Source: Torpedo marmorata
Lineage: Eukaryota
Direction: 5' to 3'
Length of the DNA stretch: 64,000 nt
Assembly: GCA_977017645.1 (NCBI GenBank)
Contig: OZ360239.1
Span: 29,202,001 to 29,266,000 of the forward strand
The notes under the pieces were generated by a model that was not told the origin of the DNA, did no database searches, and worked only from the letters and a program-made list of their open reading frames with translations. Made by a program: the position numbers and the translations under genes. Below are positions 10,927 to 23,580 of this stretch, one piece after another. Position 1 is the first letter of the stretch. Every line of letters starts with the position of its first letter.

Positions 10927-11824
10927 GCCCTTTTCACACTGGCTAACCAGTAAATTGGCCGTTCAGTGTCCCGGTTAAAGAAGCAGTTTTTGCCGTTCAC
11001 ACTGGGCCAATGTTAACCGGGACACTGTGTCCTTTCACACTCATCACAAGGCATCCCCGGGGATAGGGGAGTTTATCCTCCACCGATGACATCGGAGTGA
11101 CGCATCGAGCGATGGTGGACCTGCCCTAAATCCTGATCAATGTATTTAAACAAAATTAATCATGCCTAATTATAACATAATTAAGCATTATATACAGCAC
11201 AGTATGAGACCTTCAGCCCCTGTTGTTGTGCTGATCTATATAAACTTTATAAATTTATAAAGGATCGGGGGAAAGTGGTATCGGCAATAGCGGACAATTT
11301 ATAAAGACGGTGGGAAAGTGGTAGCGGCAATAATGCACAATTTATAAAGACCGTGGGAAAGAGTGATGGCGGACCTGCCCTCCCAGAATTCTGTGCGGCA
11401 GAGAAAGGGCTGTATGCACGGAGCACTCATGGAGGGGTTTCTCTGCCGCACGGAATTCTGGGAGGGCAGGTCCGCCCTCGCTTTCTCTCTCTCTCCCGCT
11501 GCGACTTTCCCACGTTCCTTTAGAAATTTATAAAGGTTTATGTAGATCGGCAAAGTTTATACCTTCTTTTTAATCTTTTGTTTCCTTCACTCACGCAAAA
11601 ATGTCATCAACGCGTCACTACTTTGTCCCTGGATAGTGTCCCTTTCACACTGGGCTAATCGGCACGCAGGCATCAGTTGACGCTGGGGATGAGAGTAGGG
11701 GTCTAAGCCGTCCATCCCCGGTGTGATTTGACTCCTGCGTGCCGATTCTGGAGCATTCACACTGGACCCTTAACCGGTAAATTGGCCATCAATTACTAGG
11801 ACAAGGTGCCAGTGTGAAAGGGGC
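10927..11824. mobile_element. PIF/Harbinger-type non-autonomous element
   Basis: TIRs GCCCTTTTCACACTGG / CCAGTGTGAAAGGGGC; flanks TAA/TAT; repeated subterminal TTCACACT motifs. Confidence 0.8.
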
Positions 11825-13454
11825 TATTGATGCCGTGTAATTGGAGACTGCCAAGATGCAATGCAAGGTGCTGTCCCTCCAATTTACGGGCAGCCTCAAT
11901 TTGGCAGCACATGGGGCCATGGGCAGACATGTCCATGTGGCAATAGGGTATGGAAATGATGTGGTTAGCCACTGGGAAATCCATTGGAGGCCATTGGAAG
12001 AAGGTTCTCAAGGATGATCCCAGGAATGGAAGGATTGTCTTACAAGGAGAGGTTGAACATGTTGTACTCCTTGGAGTTTGAGACAATTAATTAAAGCATA
12101 AAATATTCTCAGGGACTCTGACAGAATGAATGCTGAAGGGATGGTTTCCCTCATGGGAAGTCGAGATCAGTGTGAATGGTCTCTGAATAAGAAAGTGTTC
12201 ATTAAACTCGGATGTGGAAAAATTTCTTCTCTCAAATAATTGTGTTTTTGGAAATTTTTCTCCCAGAAAGTAGGGAAGGATATTTAAAGCAGAGATAGAT
12301 TTTTAAAGGAAAGGATAGGAAAGTCAATTGAAGGAAAGTTGGACAAACTACAACCAATAGTGGGAATATCGAATGAGGCTAAGATATGCCACTTGTTTTA
12401 TAAACAATTAAAAGAGTGCAAGAATTAGCATTCTGGAAGGAGGAGATTAAATGAGATAAATATCTGTTTTTGTTCAAATTTGGTCTATAGTTATTGATCA
12501 CAACTTCACTATAGCAAAATAATAATTAATTTTCAATTTTAATGGAATTTCACTTAAAATTTTGGCAAAAATTATTTGGCATCAAAATTCCTGTGGTTTC
12601 ATGCAATAATCCATCAGCAATGTGCATGATTCATGCAGGCATAAAGTGAGCAGATTAACCCATAATCTAAACTACAGGCAGCTACAGCATGATGATGTAA
12701 GATATTTTCACAGGAGTTCAAATGCTATCTGACTCTCCTTTTATTAAACACATCAACATTTATTTGTCCTTCCTTAGAAAACACTATGGAATCTACTGCC
12801 TTACCCTTGCCACTAACACCAGCCTCAACAATTAATAGTGTGCCTCTAATCAATAGATCTGTAAAGTCAATTAAAAAATTATCATTAACAAATATCTCGG
12901 GTGTATCTGTGCCACCCTCCCTCCAAGCAGTGCACAAGACATCAGCCAAAGCAAAAAATCATGTACGCCAGGCAAACATTAAAACTCTACACATTGTCCT
13001 TTCAATAAAACTGAATGATGTAATGCCTCACACATTTATCGTCACTATCTTATGCAATTTGAGAATGTTAAATTGTCCAATGCAGACTGACACTGTGGCT
13101 GCAGACTTTTTTTAAAAATAAATTTTGCCAACAGATGGAGTTTTGACTTCCCTTGATGTCAACTGGAGTTAGCTGATACAAGTACAAAACCGTTTAAAAA
13201 ATGTCAATTTCTTCACCTACTTCAGATCTATGAAAAAGGCAAAATGCCTTAAACCAGTCTTGACCCGCTCTGAAGCTTGAAATTTCTCAATACCTTAAAT
13301 AATTACATGACCACCATTAATCTTTTCGTCTGACCAATGTGAAGGAATGCAGTTGATTGACAACACTAACAACCATTGGCTTAGCTGAAACCTCCAAACA
13401 CAATAACAGAACAGAAAATAGAATGGATCACCAGAACAACTCTGAGATAGCAAT

Positions 13455-14310
13455 CTCAGAATCAGAATTTTATTGTCATGAACAAGTCATGAAATTCGGT
13501 GTTTTTGCGGCAGCATCATAGTGCAATTAACATTCATATTAACCATCTAACGACATTACTATAAAAAATTATAAACAATAGTGCACGAAAAGTAAGGCAG
13601 TGTCTTTGGTTCATTGATTATTCAGGAATCTGATGGCAGTGGGGAAGAAGCTGTCCTTGTGCCACTGAGTGCTCGTCTTTAGGCTCCTGTACCTTTTTCC
13701 CGATGGAAGCAGAGTGAAGAGGGCATGGCCTGGGTGGTGGGGGTCTTTGAAGATAGAGGCTGCTTTTTTAAGACACCGCCTCATGTAGATGTCCTCCATG
13801 GAGTGAAGTTTGGTGCCTGTGATGTCACAGGCCGAGTTAACAACCCTCTGGAGTTTACTCTTGTCCTGGGAGTTGGCGCCTCCATACCAGGCAGTGATGC
13901 AACCAGCCAGAATGCTCTCCACGGTACACCTGTAGAAGTTTACGAGAGTCTTTGGTGACATACCGAATCTCCGCAGACACCTCACAAAGTATAGCCGCTG
14001 ACGAGCCTTCTTTGTGATTGCATCAACGTGGATGCTCCAGGACAGATCCTCGGAGATGTTGACACCCAGGAATTTGAAGTTCTTGACCCTCTCCACTATT
14101 GAGCCCTCGATGAGGACTGGGTCGTGTTCCCCTGACTTCCTCCTGAAGTCCACAATCATCTCCTTGGTTTTGCTGACGTTGAGCTCAATGTTGTTGCCAT
14201 TACACCATTCAACAAGCTGATCTATCTCCCTCCTGTACACTTCCTCATTGCCGTTTGTGATTCTGCCGACAACTGTGGTGTCATCGGCAAACTTGTAGAT
14301 GGCATTGGAA
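13455..14310 (-). mobile_element. Rex1/Babar-type LINE, 5'-truncated, with an uninterrupted RT C-terminal frame
   Basis: ORF 13611-14333 (240 aa) with the RT catalytic motif YKFADDTTVVG, LNVSKTKEMIVDFR, FKFLG and SFFPTAIRFLN; (ATTCTG)n tail at about 13455. Confidence 0.92.
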
Positions 14311-17300
14311 TTATTTACACAAAATTTCCTCATAAGTTTAAGATCTCATCTCAACAACCCAATGAAATGCAATTTACTACATGCTCAGGAACTTGGTTTT
14401 GGTGTACGGAAACCAGACATTTCAATATCAATTCATATAGTGTGCTCATTAAAAGGTTTTCCTTCAAATATTCTTCAGCATAAAATTATGTTTGCAAAAG
14501 GTATTTATTACTTTATGTTGTAAAATATTTACAGGAGTAATTAAGAGTGCACATCATTTTATGTGAGCTGGTATTTTAACACTGTTTGCTGTGTGCATAT
14601 TAAATTGTCCTGCTAGTTCTTACTGTTAATACTGTTTCTTGTTTGATTTCCGCCCCCCCCACCAAAAAAAAATAAACAGGAATTTAAGGTTTAACTTTTA
14701 AATTAGCCAATGCATATATTTGGGGAACAAAGAGAATGGTTAGTAAAAGGAATTCCTACACAAATTCCAGGCTCAGGAATGAGGCCACACCAATCATCAC
14801 ATCAAAATGTTTTATACTAGCTGTTTTCCTATACATACTAAAAGGCAATTGAGCCCATAAATTTAAAACATAACTGTTATAGCTTCCAGATTTCAATTTA
14901 TAAACCAGGCAAAATAATTAGAGACTCCAAGTGAGCCAGCTGTTCAGAAACGGGTCCATAATTCTGCTTCCCATTTTGCTGAATAAGAATGGAACCCTTA
15001 TTGAAGGATACTAGTGTCATTACCATTATATTACAGCCATGAATTGCAGTATGTAGTTAGTAAAAAATAAAAAACTTCCAGGGTATATTCTTACAAGGAA
15101 TATCCAATTGTAGCTTTCTATTTCTAGTAATCTATCACCCACAAGCTCAAACCAACAATTTTTAAAGATGAGCCTCATTCTGCCCTGGAGTTGGACAATG
15201 ATGTTCTCAGCTGTTGGTGGTCAAGAATCTGAAGTTTCAAGTCAGCCTGACCTTAGTTACCTTTCACTCCTCCCCCTCAATCTGCTCAAGATACTGTGCC
15301 AAGAGATTTTCTCCATTCAAGTATCATCTTGCTCTGACAAATTATACAACAGGCAGAATCACAAAAGGTTCCATTCCCTCCCAGAGAGCTGGGAAATAAA
15401 CAACCCCTCCCAGGATTTACCACCAGTTGTTTCTCAAAAATCAGTAATCCTCTAGTTACCACTTCTCCAGTGTAGGCTACAAGGCATGCATCAGTCTTCC
15501 CGTCCTCCCCACCCCAATCAAGAGCAATCTGAATGTCTTAATTGTCTATTATCAAGTGAAAGACAAGGGCTTTCCTCTTGAATCCTCACACAATGCAGGA
15601 CTATCCCCATACACTTGTCTATCTGACAGCAGGCAATCAGAGCCTAATCCTGGAAATTTGGGAAGGCAGAGTGTCTCCTAAAGCCACTCATTCAGTTGAT
15701 TTGTCAAATCTCCCAGCATATTTCTCTGTAGCACCTCTTCAATGCCAAATTATATCAACTGCAGCCTAATGGTGCAATTTCTTACAAAAGACCAAGCAAA
15801 GCAAATTCTCTTGATAAGATCTTGCACTGGAAAGGAGGATTTAAGCAAACATTAACCCTTTCATGATGGTGGCATTATAATGTTCAGAGAAAAATAGTGG
15901 CCAAAAAAAATGCTACAAATTTCTGGAGAAAAAAAAAGTTATAGATTGTAATATAGATAATGCACTTGTTGGGAATCTTGCAAGAACTTCACAAAAATGT
16001 AGGCTGCTGCAAGAACCTTGATCTACAATGTTAGCTCTTATTCCCAACTCTCAAAATTTCTAGTACTTTTATTTATTTTTTTGTTCTGGGTGAAACCATC
16101 TAGAGATATCCTTTTTAAGGGGAGAGAGAAAAGAAAACCAGTAGTGCAAAATGAATGTGAGGCGAGTGAGGGAACGGTCCTGCCAGAAGGACCACTAATT
16201 AACATACAATAGTTAAAAGTTAAATATTCCAAATCTGATGCATTATAGGCTTGGGCAGAGTTCAAAAATCTAGGGATGAATTCATTCAGAAAGCACTTTG
16301 ATTTGGCAATAATGAGATATTCGCATGTGTTCAGTGTATAAGAAAAAACAAGTTCATTTGCATCATATGCACAGTTTTCCTGGAGTTTACCAACTTCAAT
16401 TACAGGATGAAAGTTCATGAAGCACTAATTTATTTTTAGAAAATGTAATCTTTCACATGCTGACAGAACTAAAGAATCATGCAAGACAGGCTATTCAAAG
16501 TTTGATCATGTTCCATATAATTTCAAAATTTGGGAACTATATCGATGAACAAAAAGTATCTCAATATACAAAAAGAACTTTGAAACAGGGGTGTCCATAG
16601 CAAACAACATTCATTCTGCTCAACTTTAGTAGATCACATTTATGATGATTTAGAATATTTTGCAGGAAAGCTTTTTGTAATAAAAGTTATTACAGGCCAA
16701 CACATTTTAAAAACAGAACTGTAGTCTTGTATTTCAACATGCTACATTATATGTATAGTGTTGATAGGATTTGTATTTAATTTTGGCATTTATATAGTGT
16801 TGGTGTGACAGCAGTGATTGTAATCATTTTCAGCCACAAATGCAGAGGGGTGATCTACCTAGGCCATCTCTCGAGATTCCCACCATCAAAGAACCCAGGT
16901 CTGCAGTCAATCTGATTCACTCCACACAATGAAAACAATGGTTGATAACGTAGGACATAACAGGTCCTGACAGCTCTCTGGTTGTAATAGTGAAGACACA
17001 CCATTCCCCTATAGCTACAACACTGGCGTTTACGTGATAAAAAGTCCTGGGGGAAGGCAAGACATCAGCATTTGACGTTTAGACAGCTTTTCACCATGTG
17101 GCAACAGGGAGCTATGGGATAATTGAAATCAGGGGGAAAATTCTCAGTTGGTTGGAGCAACTCCAAACATCAGTGATAAATCTGGATACAAAATTTTGCC
17201 ACAAACCCTGGTCAACACGGCAGACGTTTCTCAGGACAGTGCCCTGCACTTATCCATGGTCTTTCATACACAAAGGAGGAAATTTGTTAATGATTTCAAT

Positions 17301-18342
17301 GTTCAATTCCATTCACAGCTCAAGTTAGTGAAGTAATCCATACAACACAACATTCAAGGCTTGACCTGATAAAAGCTCAGTAGCATTTGCAACAAGCCAT
17401 GAGCAATTCCACCAGAAATTGACACTCAGTGACAGTGTCACTGTTTAGTGCAATAAATGAAATTATTGCCACTTATACTGAGATACGATAAAAAGCTTTG
17501 TTTTGTGTGCTTTCAAGGCAAGTCAACTCAAACACCACAGTGCAAGAACAACAAATATACGGCGAAGGGAATCAAGCCGTGCAGTAAATGGAAACAAAAA
17601 CAATTCAGAGCACAGAGAAAAGTATAGTTTTAAAAAAAAAGAACAGGGTCATCATCTTCTGCCCACGTCAACGCTGTGGGGTCGCCCATGGCCAGAAATC
17701 AGACAAGCAAATATTCTGACTTGTGATGATTGGGTATTTTTCCAGAGTGTCCCTCCCCATGATTTCAAAGCACTCCTTTCACCTATATGGGATAAGCAGA
17801 TAGCAAAATTGAATAAGCTCCACTTTCTGAGACAAACTTGGTTTTAACACCATCGCATCTGACAACCATCAGGTAAATGCTCCTTCCATGAGCAACACTA
17901 CATGACAGTAGATGCACTCCAGCAATTTGCCATGGCTTTCTTAACTATTCCTACCGCTGTTCATTTAATGCACCATCACTTGTAAGTTCTCTGCAAGTTC
18001 TGCACCATTCTGCTTGAAAAAAATATTGCTGTTCCTTCATCATTACTGGCCCCAAATCTTAAAATTCCCTATCCCCGGCTTTATGGAAGCATCTTCTCAG
18101 GAGGAGCTACAGCGGTTTATGAAGGTGATTCACCATCATAAAGGAGAGGCATTTAATGCTGGCCTTGTCAACAACTCCAACATCTAAAAAATTTCTGCAG
18201 TTAATATAGGAGTAATTTGATAATTACCCATAAACATCTCAGGAAGACACTTATCATGGACTAAACAAAAAAAACTACAAGGTCTAACTCAACCTCTCAC
18301 AAAGTCAAAGTCAGAAAAGATGCTTTTGCTTTCTTTAAAATA

Positions 18343-18666
18343 CAGGTAGTCCCCGTCTTACGACCGAGTTCCGTTCTGACCATCTGGTCGTATCTCGAAA
18401 TGAACGTAAGTCGGAAATTCACTGTATCCATTTTATCGTTCGTCAAATACAACATGGCGGCCACCAAGGCCAGCTCTCGCGAGAGGTTGGCCACCCCTGC
18501 ATAGGTGCTATTTTCCATAGATAGGCCTCTACTTTCACCCCAAAAGCGTAATTTTTCTATTTACATATATTTTTTCTTTATTTTTTAAAATTTCTACAGT
18601 ATCTTTTTTTCGGTCGTGTGTACGGATGGTCATAAGTCGCATAGGTCGTAAGTCGGGAACTACCTG
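18343..18666. mobile_element. Tigger-type MITE
   Basis: TA|CAGGTAGTCCCCG…CGGGAACTACCTG|TA. Confidence 0.88.
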
Positions 18667-19139
18667 TAAATACAATCCAATTGGTTTTGTCACAGCACGG
18701 AAACAGGGCCTTTGACCCAATTCATCCTGCCGAGCAAATAGCCCATCTGAGCCAGTCCCATTTGCCTGTGCTGGACTACAGTGCCCTCCATAATGTTTGG
18801 GACAAAGACACTTTTTTCCTTTATTTGCCCCTGTGCTCCACAGTTTTACATTTATAATCAAACAATTCACGTGTAATTGAAGTGCACATTCCAAATTTTA
18901 TTCAAGATTATTTGTATACATTTTGGTTTGACCATGTAGAAATTACAGCACTTTTCATACATAGTCCCCTCGTTTCAGGGCACCATAATATTTGGGACAT
19001 TTAGCTTCACAGGTGTTTGTGAGTACTCAGGTATGTTTAATTGCTTCATTGGTGCAGGTGTAAGAGAGCTAGGCTTGCTTCAAGGCTTTTGATCACCTTT
19101 GGAGTCTGTAGTTGCCATTTTTCTACATGAGGACCAGTT

Positions 19140-19620
19140 GTGCCAATGAAAGTCAAAGAAGCCATTATGAGGCTGAAAAACAAGAATAAAACAGTAGGAG
19201 ACATCACCCAAACTTTAGGATTACCAAAATCAACAGTCTGGAACATCATTGAGAGCGTACTGGTGAGCTCAGTAATCGCAAAGGGACTGGTATTCCAAGG
19301 AAGATCTCCACTGCTGATGATAGAAGAATTCTCATCATAATGAAGAAAAACCCCCAAACGTATGTCCGACAGATCAGAAACACTCTTCAGGAGGCAGGTG
19401 TGAATATGTCAATGACTGCTGTCCTCAGAAGACTTCATGAACAGAAATACAGAGGCTTCACTGCAAGATGCCAAGTCACAGAAAGGATGGCCAGATTACA
19501 GTTTGCCAAGAAGTATTTAAAAGAGCCTGCAGAATTCTGGAAAAGGGTCTTGTGGACAGGTGAGACCAAGATTAACCTGTATCAGAGTGATGGCAAGAGA
19601 AAAGTGTGGAGATGTAAAGA
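19140..19620 (+). pseudogene. Tc1 transposase remnant (HTH domains to the start of the DDE domain)
   Basis: …VGDITQTLGLPKSTVWNII…KKNPQT…RRLHEQKYRG…RLQFAKKYL…FWKRVLWTGETKINLYQSDGKRKVWR; frameshifted and truncated, with the first catalytic D read as G. Confidence 0.88.
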
Positions 19621-20237
19621 ACTGCCCAAGATCCAAAGCATACCGCCTTTGCCATGGTTTACTTCTTTCAGTGTAGCCTCTGTATTTCTGTTCATGAAGT
19701 CTTCTGATGACAGTACCGGTAGTCATTGACATATTCACACCTGCCTCCTGAAGAGTGTTTCTGTTCTGTCGGACATATGTTTGGGGATTTTTCTTCATTA
19801 TGATGAGAATTCTGTCATCAGCAGTGGCGGTCTTCCTTGGAATACCAGTCCCTTTGCGATTACTGAGCTCACAAGTACGCTTTCTTAATAATAATATTCC
19901 AAACTGTTGATTTTGGTAATCCTAAGGTTTGGTTGATTCTTGTTTTTTAGCCTCATAATGGCTTCTTTGACTTTCATTGGCACAATTCTGGTCCTCATGT
20001 AGAAAAATGGCAACTACAGACTCCAAAGGTGATCAAAAGCTTCTCTCTTATACCTGCACCAATGAAGCAATTAAACATACCTGAGTACTCACAAACACCT
20101 GTGAAGCCAAATGTCCCAAACATTATGGTGCCCTGAAATGAGGGGACTATGTATATAAAGTGCTGTAATTTCTACATGCTCAAACCAAAATGTATAGAAA
20201 TAACCTAGAATAAAATCTGGAATGTGCACTTTAATCA

Positions 20238-20962
20238 CCGTATATTTCAGCGTATAAGTCGACTCGCGGATAAGTCGACCCCCCCTTTTTCAGCCTCATT
20301 TTAATGGTTTTATTGTATATCCGGCGTATAAGTCAACCCCCAATTTTCGGGCTGTCCGGGCCTCCCAGCAACAACCCAAAATTTGTTACAACACCCCAAT
20401 CGCCAAGTAACAAAGCTGTAAATTAAGCAAGTAAAAAAAAAAAAAACAGTAAAAAAACCTTTGCTTCTGGCCGGGAAGATGCCAAACGGAGATGTGTCCA
20501 AGTCTTCAACTTCGGCTGCAGCCAGAGTCGGCGACGGGCGACTCCATTCTCCACATCGGGTGCGGTGCTGTCCACATCAAAGAAGTCGCCTCGCTGCCCA
20601 AGTGTGCTCGGTGCAGGAACCACGGATACGTGTCGGCTCCCGGGCAGGAGCGGCGACCTCATTCTCCCGGGCAGGAGCGGCGACCTCGGGCTCTACAATT
20701 GTAGAATGTCTGGGTGGTTTATGGCGGTGCCCGGCGGTGGGGAGGTGTCGGGGAGCGGCGCCGCCGGCGGTGGGGAGGTGCTTCCAGGGTCGACCTATAC
20801 GCCGAATCGGTTTTTCATGGGTTGACTTATACGCCGAATCGGCGTGGAGCGGTTTTTAAGCTGATTTTAAGGTCTCAAAAGTATATCCAGCGTATAAGTC
20901 AACCCCCGTTTTTTGAGATTTTTGAGGGTTTCAAGACTCGACTTATACGCCGAAATATACGG
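20238..20962. mobile_element. pogo-type MITE nested in the Tc1 right arm
   Basis: TIRs CCGTATATTTCAGCGTATAAGTCGA / TCGACTTATACGCCGAAATATACGG; flanks CA/TA at a position where the left arm has TA; GC-rich core. Confidence 0.88.
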
Positions 20963-21087
20963 TACATGTGAATTGTTTGATTATAAATGAAAAAGGTGTC
21001 TTTGTCCCAAACATTATGGAGGGCACTGTATATGCCTCTCAGCCTTTCCTATCCATGTTCCTGTCCACATGTCTTTTAAATATTGTA

Positions 21088-21400
21088 CAGGTTGTACCTC
21101 TTTAATCCAGCAACGTTGGGACCTGGCCATTGCCGGACCACAGAAAATGCCGGAAAACAGAAATTGACCCCTAAGGGAACTCCCTATGTAAACATATCAA
21201 AGGTAGAACAAAGCTTAAAACAGGAAATAATACTGTGGGGCGGCACGGTTAGCGCAACGCCTTTACGGCGCCAGCGATCGGAATGGGGTTCGAGTCCCGC
21301 ATTGTCTGTAAGGAGTTTGTACTAACGGCGGCATATTCAAACGTGCCAGAACACGGGAGTTGCCGGACCACAGAGCGCCGGATAAGAGAGGTACAACCTG
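21088..21400. mobile_element. Tigger-type MITE containing a truncated V-SINE head (21238-21322)
   Basis: TA|CAGGTTGTACCTCT…AGAGGTACAACCTG|TA; internal GGGGCGGCACGGTTAGCGCAACG…GGTTCGAGTCCC. Confidence 0.85.
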
Positions 21401-22885
21401 TAGTTGCACCACTCTCTCACTTATTCTGGCAGCTTGTTCCACATACATACCATCCTCTGTGTGAGAAGGTTGCCCCTCAGTTCCCTTTTAAATTTCCCTC
21501 CCTCATCTTAAACTTACATCCTCTAGTTTTAGGGTCTTCTACCCTGGGAAAAGACCATCGCCATTTATCTCATCCATGCTTTCATGATTTAGTACCCTTC
21601 TGTAAGGTCACCAGTCTCCTGCACTCCAAGGGAAAAAAGTCCCACCCTATCCAACCTCTCTTTCTAACTCAAGCCTTCCAGTCCCAGCAACTCTTTATGA
21701 ATCTTTTCTGCACCTTTTCTTATAGCAAGATAGACATAACTACACAAGTACTTCAAATGTAGCCTTACCAACATCTTGTACAGCTGTAACTTGGCTCCTT
21801 CACCTCCCTGTCCACCTGCGTCACCACTTTCCGGAAACTATGCACCTGTACCCCCTATATTCACCAGTGCCCCACCATTTACTGTCCAAGTCCTGCGCTG
21901 GTTAAAACTTAACAAAACACAACGCCTCGCACTCATTCAAATTGAACTCCACCTGCCAATCCTTGGCCCACTGACTCAGTTGATCAAGATCCCATTAGAT
22001 AACCTTCTTCATTGCCCACTATACCACCAATTTTAGTGTTATCCACAAACATAACCATGCCACCTAGATTCACATCTGGCTGGTCAATATAAAAGATGAA
22101 CAACAGTGGGCCCAGCACCAATCCCTGCGGCACACCACATCACAGACCTCAAGTCTGAGAAATAACCCTTCACCGCCACCCTCTGTCTCCTACCATCAGG
22201 GTAATTTTGTATCCAATGACTTGCTTGCCCTGGATCCCATGTGATCTAACCCTCCAGACTATTTAAAAATTTAGCATCAACATGTAAACAAAAGCACATG
22301 GTCCTATTATACATCTGTTATACATTATGTCAAAATAGATAATTTCTTAAGCTCTTGCCTTTTGAAGAAATGACTGCAAAATAAAACAGTGATTACTGTA
22401 AGCAACAAAAAAAAATCTACAGCCGGAATAGCCGGGGGTGGGGGGGGAAGAGAGAGAGAGAGAGAAGACAACTGCGAACGGAAAAACACTGCTAGAGACT
22501 GGAGGTGGGGCAAAGGCCCTCAGGTTTCATGGCCTCAGGGCAGGTCCAAGAAGCCCCAACATGCCTGTGTTTCTGCAAACTGCTTGGAAAGAAAGCTGGT
22601 CACAAGATTTTATGCTTCTTTTTTTTTTTTAAACTGCTTTTAGAAGATACTCATTTTTCTTCAGGCTGAATTTCAACTGTATACCCTCAGGAAAGTCAAC
22701 CTCCAATCACCTACTATTTGATTTTTTTTTGGAAATCCCAATGGCTCATCATCTGGCTCACTAGGTACTGATGCCTGCACTCTCCTCAACACAGCGACCT
22801 GGGTTCCAATGCTCCCTTCAACATGAGGGTCCCATTTCCATACACTGCTGAAACTTGATTCTGTTCCCTGCTCTTTCTTTAAACA

Positions 22886-23098
22886 AAGTAAAACCCGTTA
22901 TCCGGAATTCAAGCAACCGGCAAAAATAAAATCGCGGAAAATAAATACCCAGTAGGTAAAAAAAATACAGAAGTTTAAAATTGGTGTGCCTCGCCGATAG
23001 TTCGCCAATCACACGACACCCAGTCTCAAGCAACCGGAAAATTAACTTTTCCGGCTTCTACCAATTCCCGTATGTGCTGGATACCAGGAGTTTTACTG
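22886..23098. mobile_element. Tigger-type MITE
   Basis: Ends AGTAAAACCCGTTATCCGGAATTCAAGCAACC…GGATACCAGGAGTTTTACTG; same family as 23906-24575 in the opposite orientation. Confidence 0.75.
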
Positions 23099-23328
23099 TG
23101 TAACAAATTTTCCATGAAACCTACTATCATGTAACATTTTTGTAAAACAAATTAACTAAAAACGTGCCAGGAGTATTCATTGGAATAACTTCCAATAATC
23201 TGGCCCTGAAGTCCATTAATCTGTATTAGGTTCTGATACACCAACTGGATACAGATTAAGAGAGTTTTACTGCATCATTTACTGGGTTTGCATCAGCTGA
23301 ATTTGTGGACACACAAGCCAAAAGCAAA

Positions 23329-23580
23329 AGGGCGGCACGGTCGGCGTAGCGGTTCGCGTAACGCCTTTACAGCGCCAGCAATCGGGACCGGGGTTCAAAT
23401 CCCGCACTGTCTGTAAGGAGTTTGTACGTTCTCCACGTGTCTGCGTGGGTTTTCCCTGGGGGCTCCGGTTTCCTCCCACCGTTCAAAACGTACCGGGGGT
23501 TGTAGGTTAATTGGGTGTAAATTGGGCGGCACGGACCCATGGTCCGAAATGGCCTGTTACCATGCTGTATGTCTTTTAAA
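23329..23580 (+). mobile_element. V-SINE (HE1-like), full length
   Basis: GGGCGGCACGGTCGGCGTAGCGGTT head, V-domain, CR1-like tail and A-rich end. Confidence 0.92.

Larger units (their letters stand above)
10560..11990 (-). mobile_element. Penelope-like element 3' fragment (GIY-YIG C-terminus plus pLTR), split by a Harbinger insertion
   Basis: Peptide PVANHIISIPYCHMDMSAHGPMCCQIEAARKLEGQHLALHLGSLQLHGIN (11826-11990) matches the Penelope endonuclease C-terminus. A pyrimidine-rich spacer and pLTR with a hammerhead core lie at 10560-10920. Confidence 0.8.
18779..21028. mobile_element. Tc1-family transposon derivative with fold-back (palindromic) structure
   Basis: TA|CAGTGCCCTCCATAATGTTTGGGACAAAGACAC…GTGTCTTTGTCCCAAACATTATGGAGGGCACTG|TA. 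The transposase N-terminus occurs on both strands (19140-19620 +, ~19666-19990 -). Confidence 0.92.
18690..22260 (-). mobile_element. CR1 LINE fragment hosting Tc1 and Tigger insertions
   Basis: The CR1 3' end at 18690-18778 resumes at 21029-21087 and at 21401-22260, where RT-derived sequence is present (…GGGCCCAGCACCAATCCCTGCGGCACACCAC…). Confidence 0.8.

Noticed and set aside
11250-11365. Regularly spaced repeats resembling a CRISPR array
   Set aside because: Eukaryotic context, only three degenerate tandem units without unique spacers, inside a DNA transposon, and no cas genes.
13611-14333. 240-aa ORF as a host gene
   Set aside because: It is the C-terminal part of a LINE reverse transcriptase, with a repeat tail and several paralogous fragments in the window.
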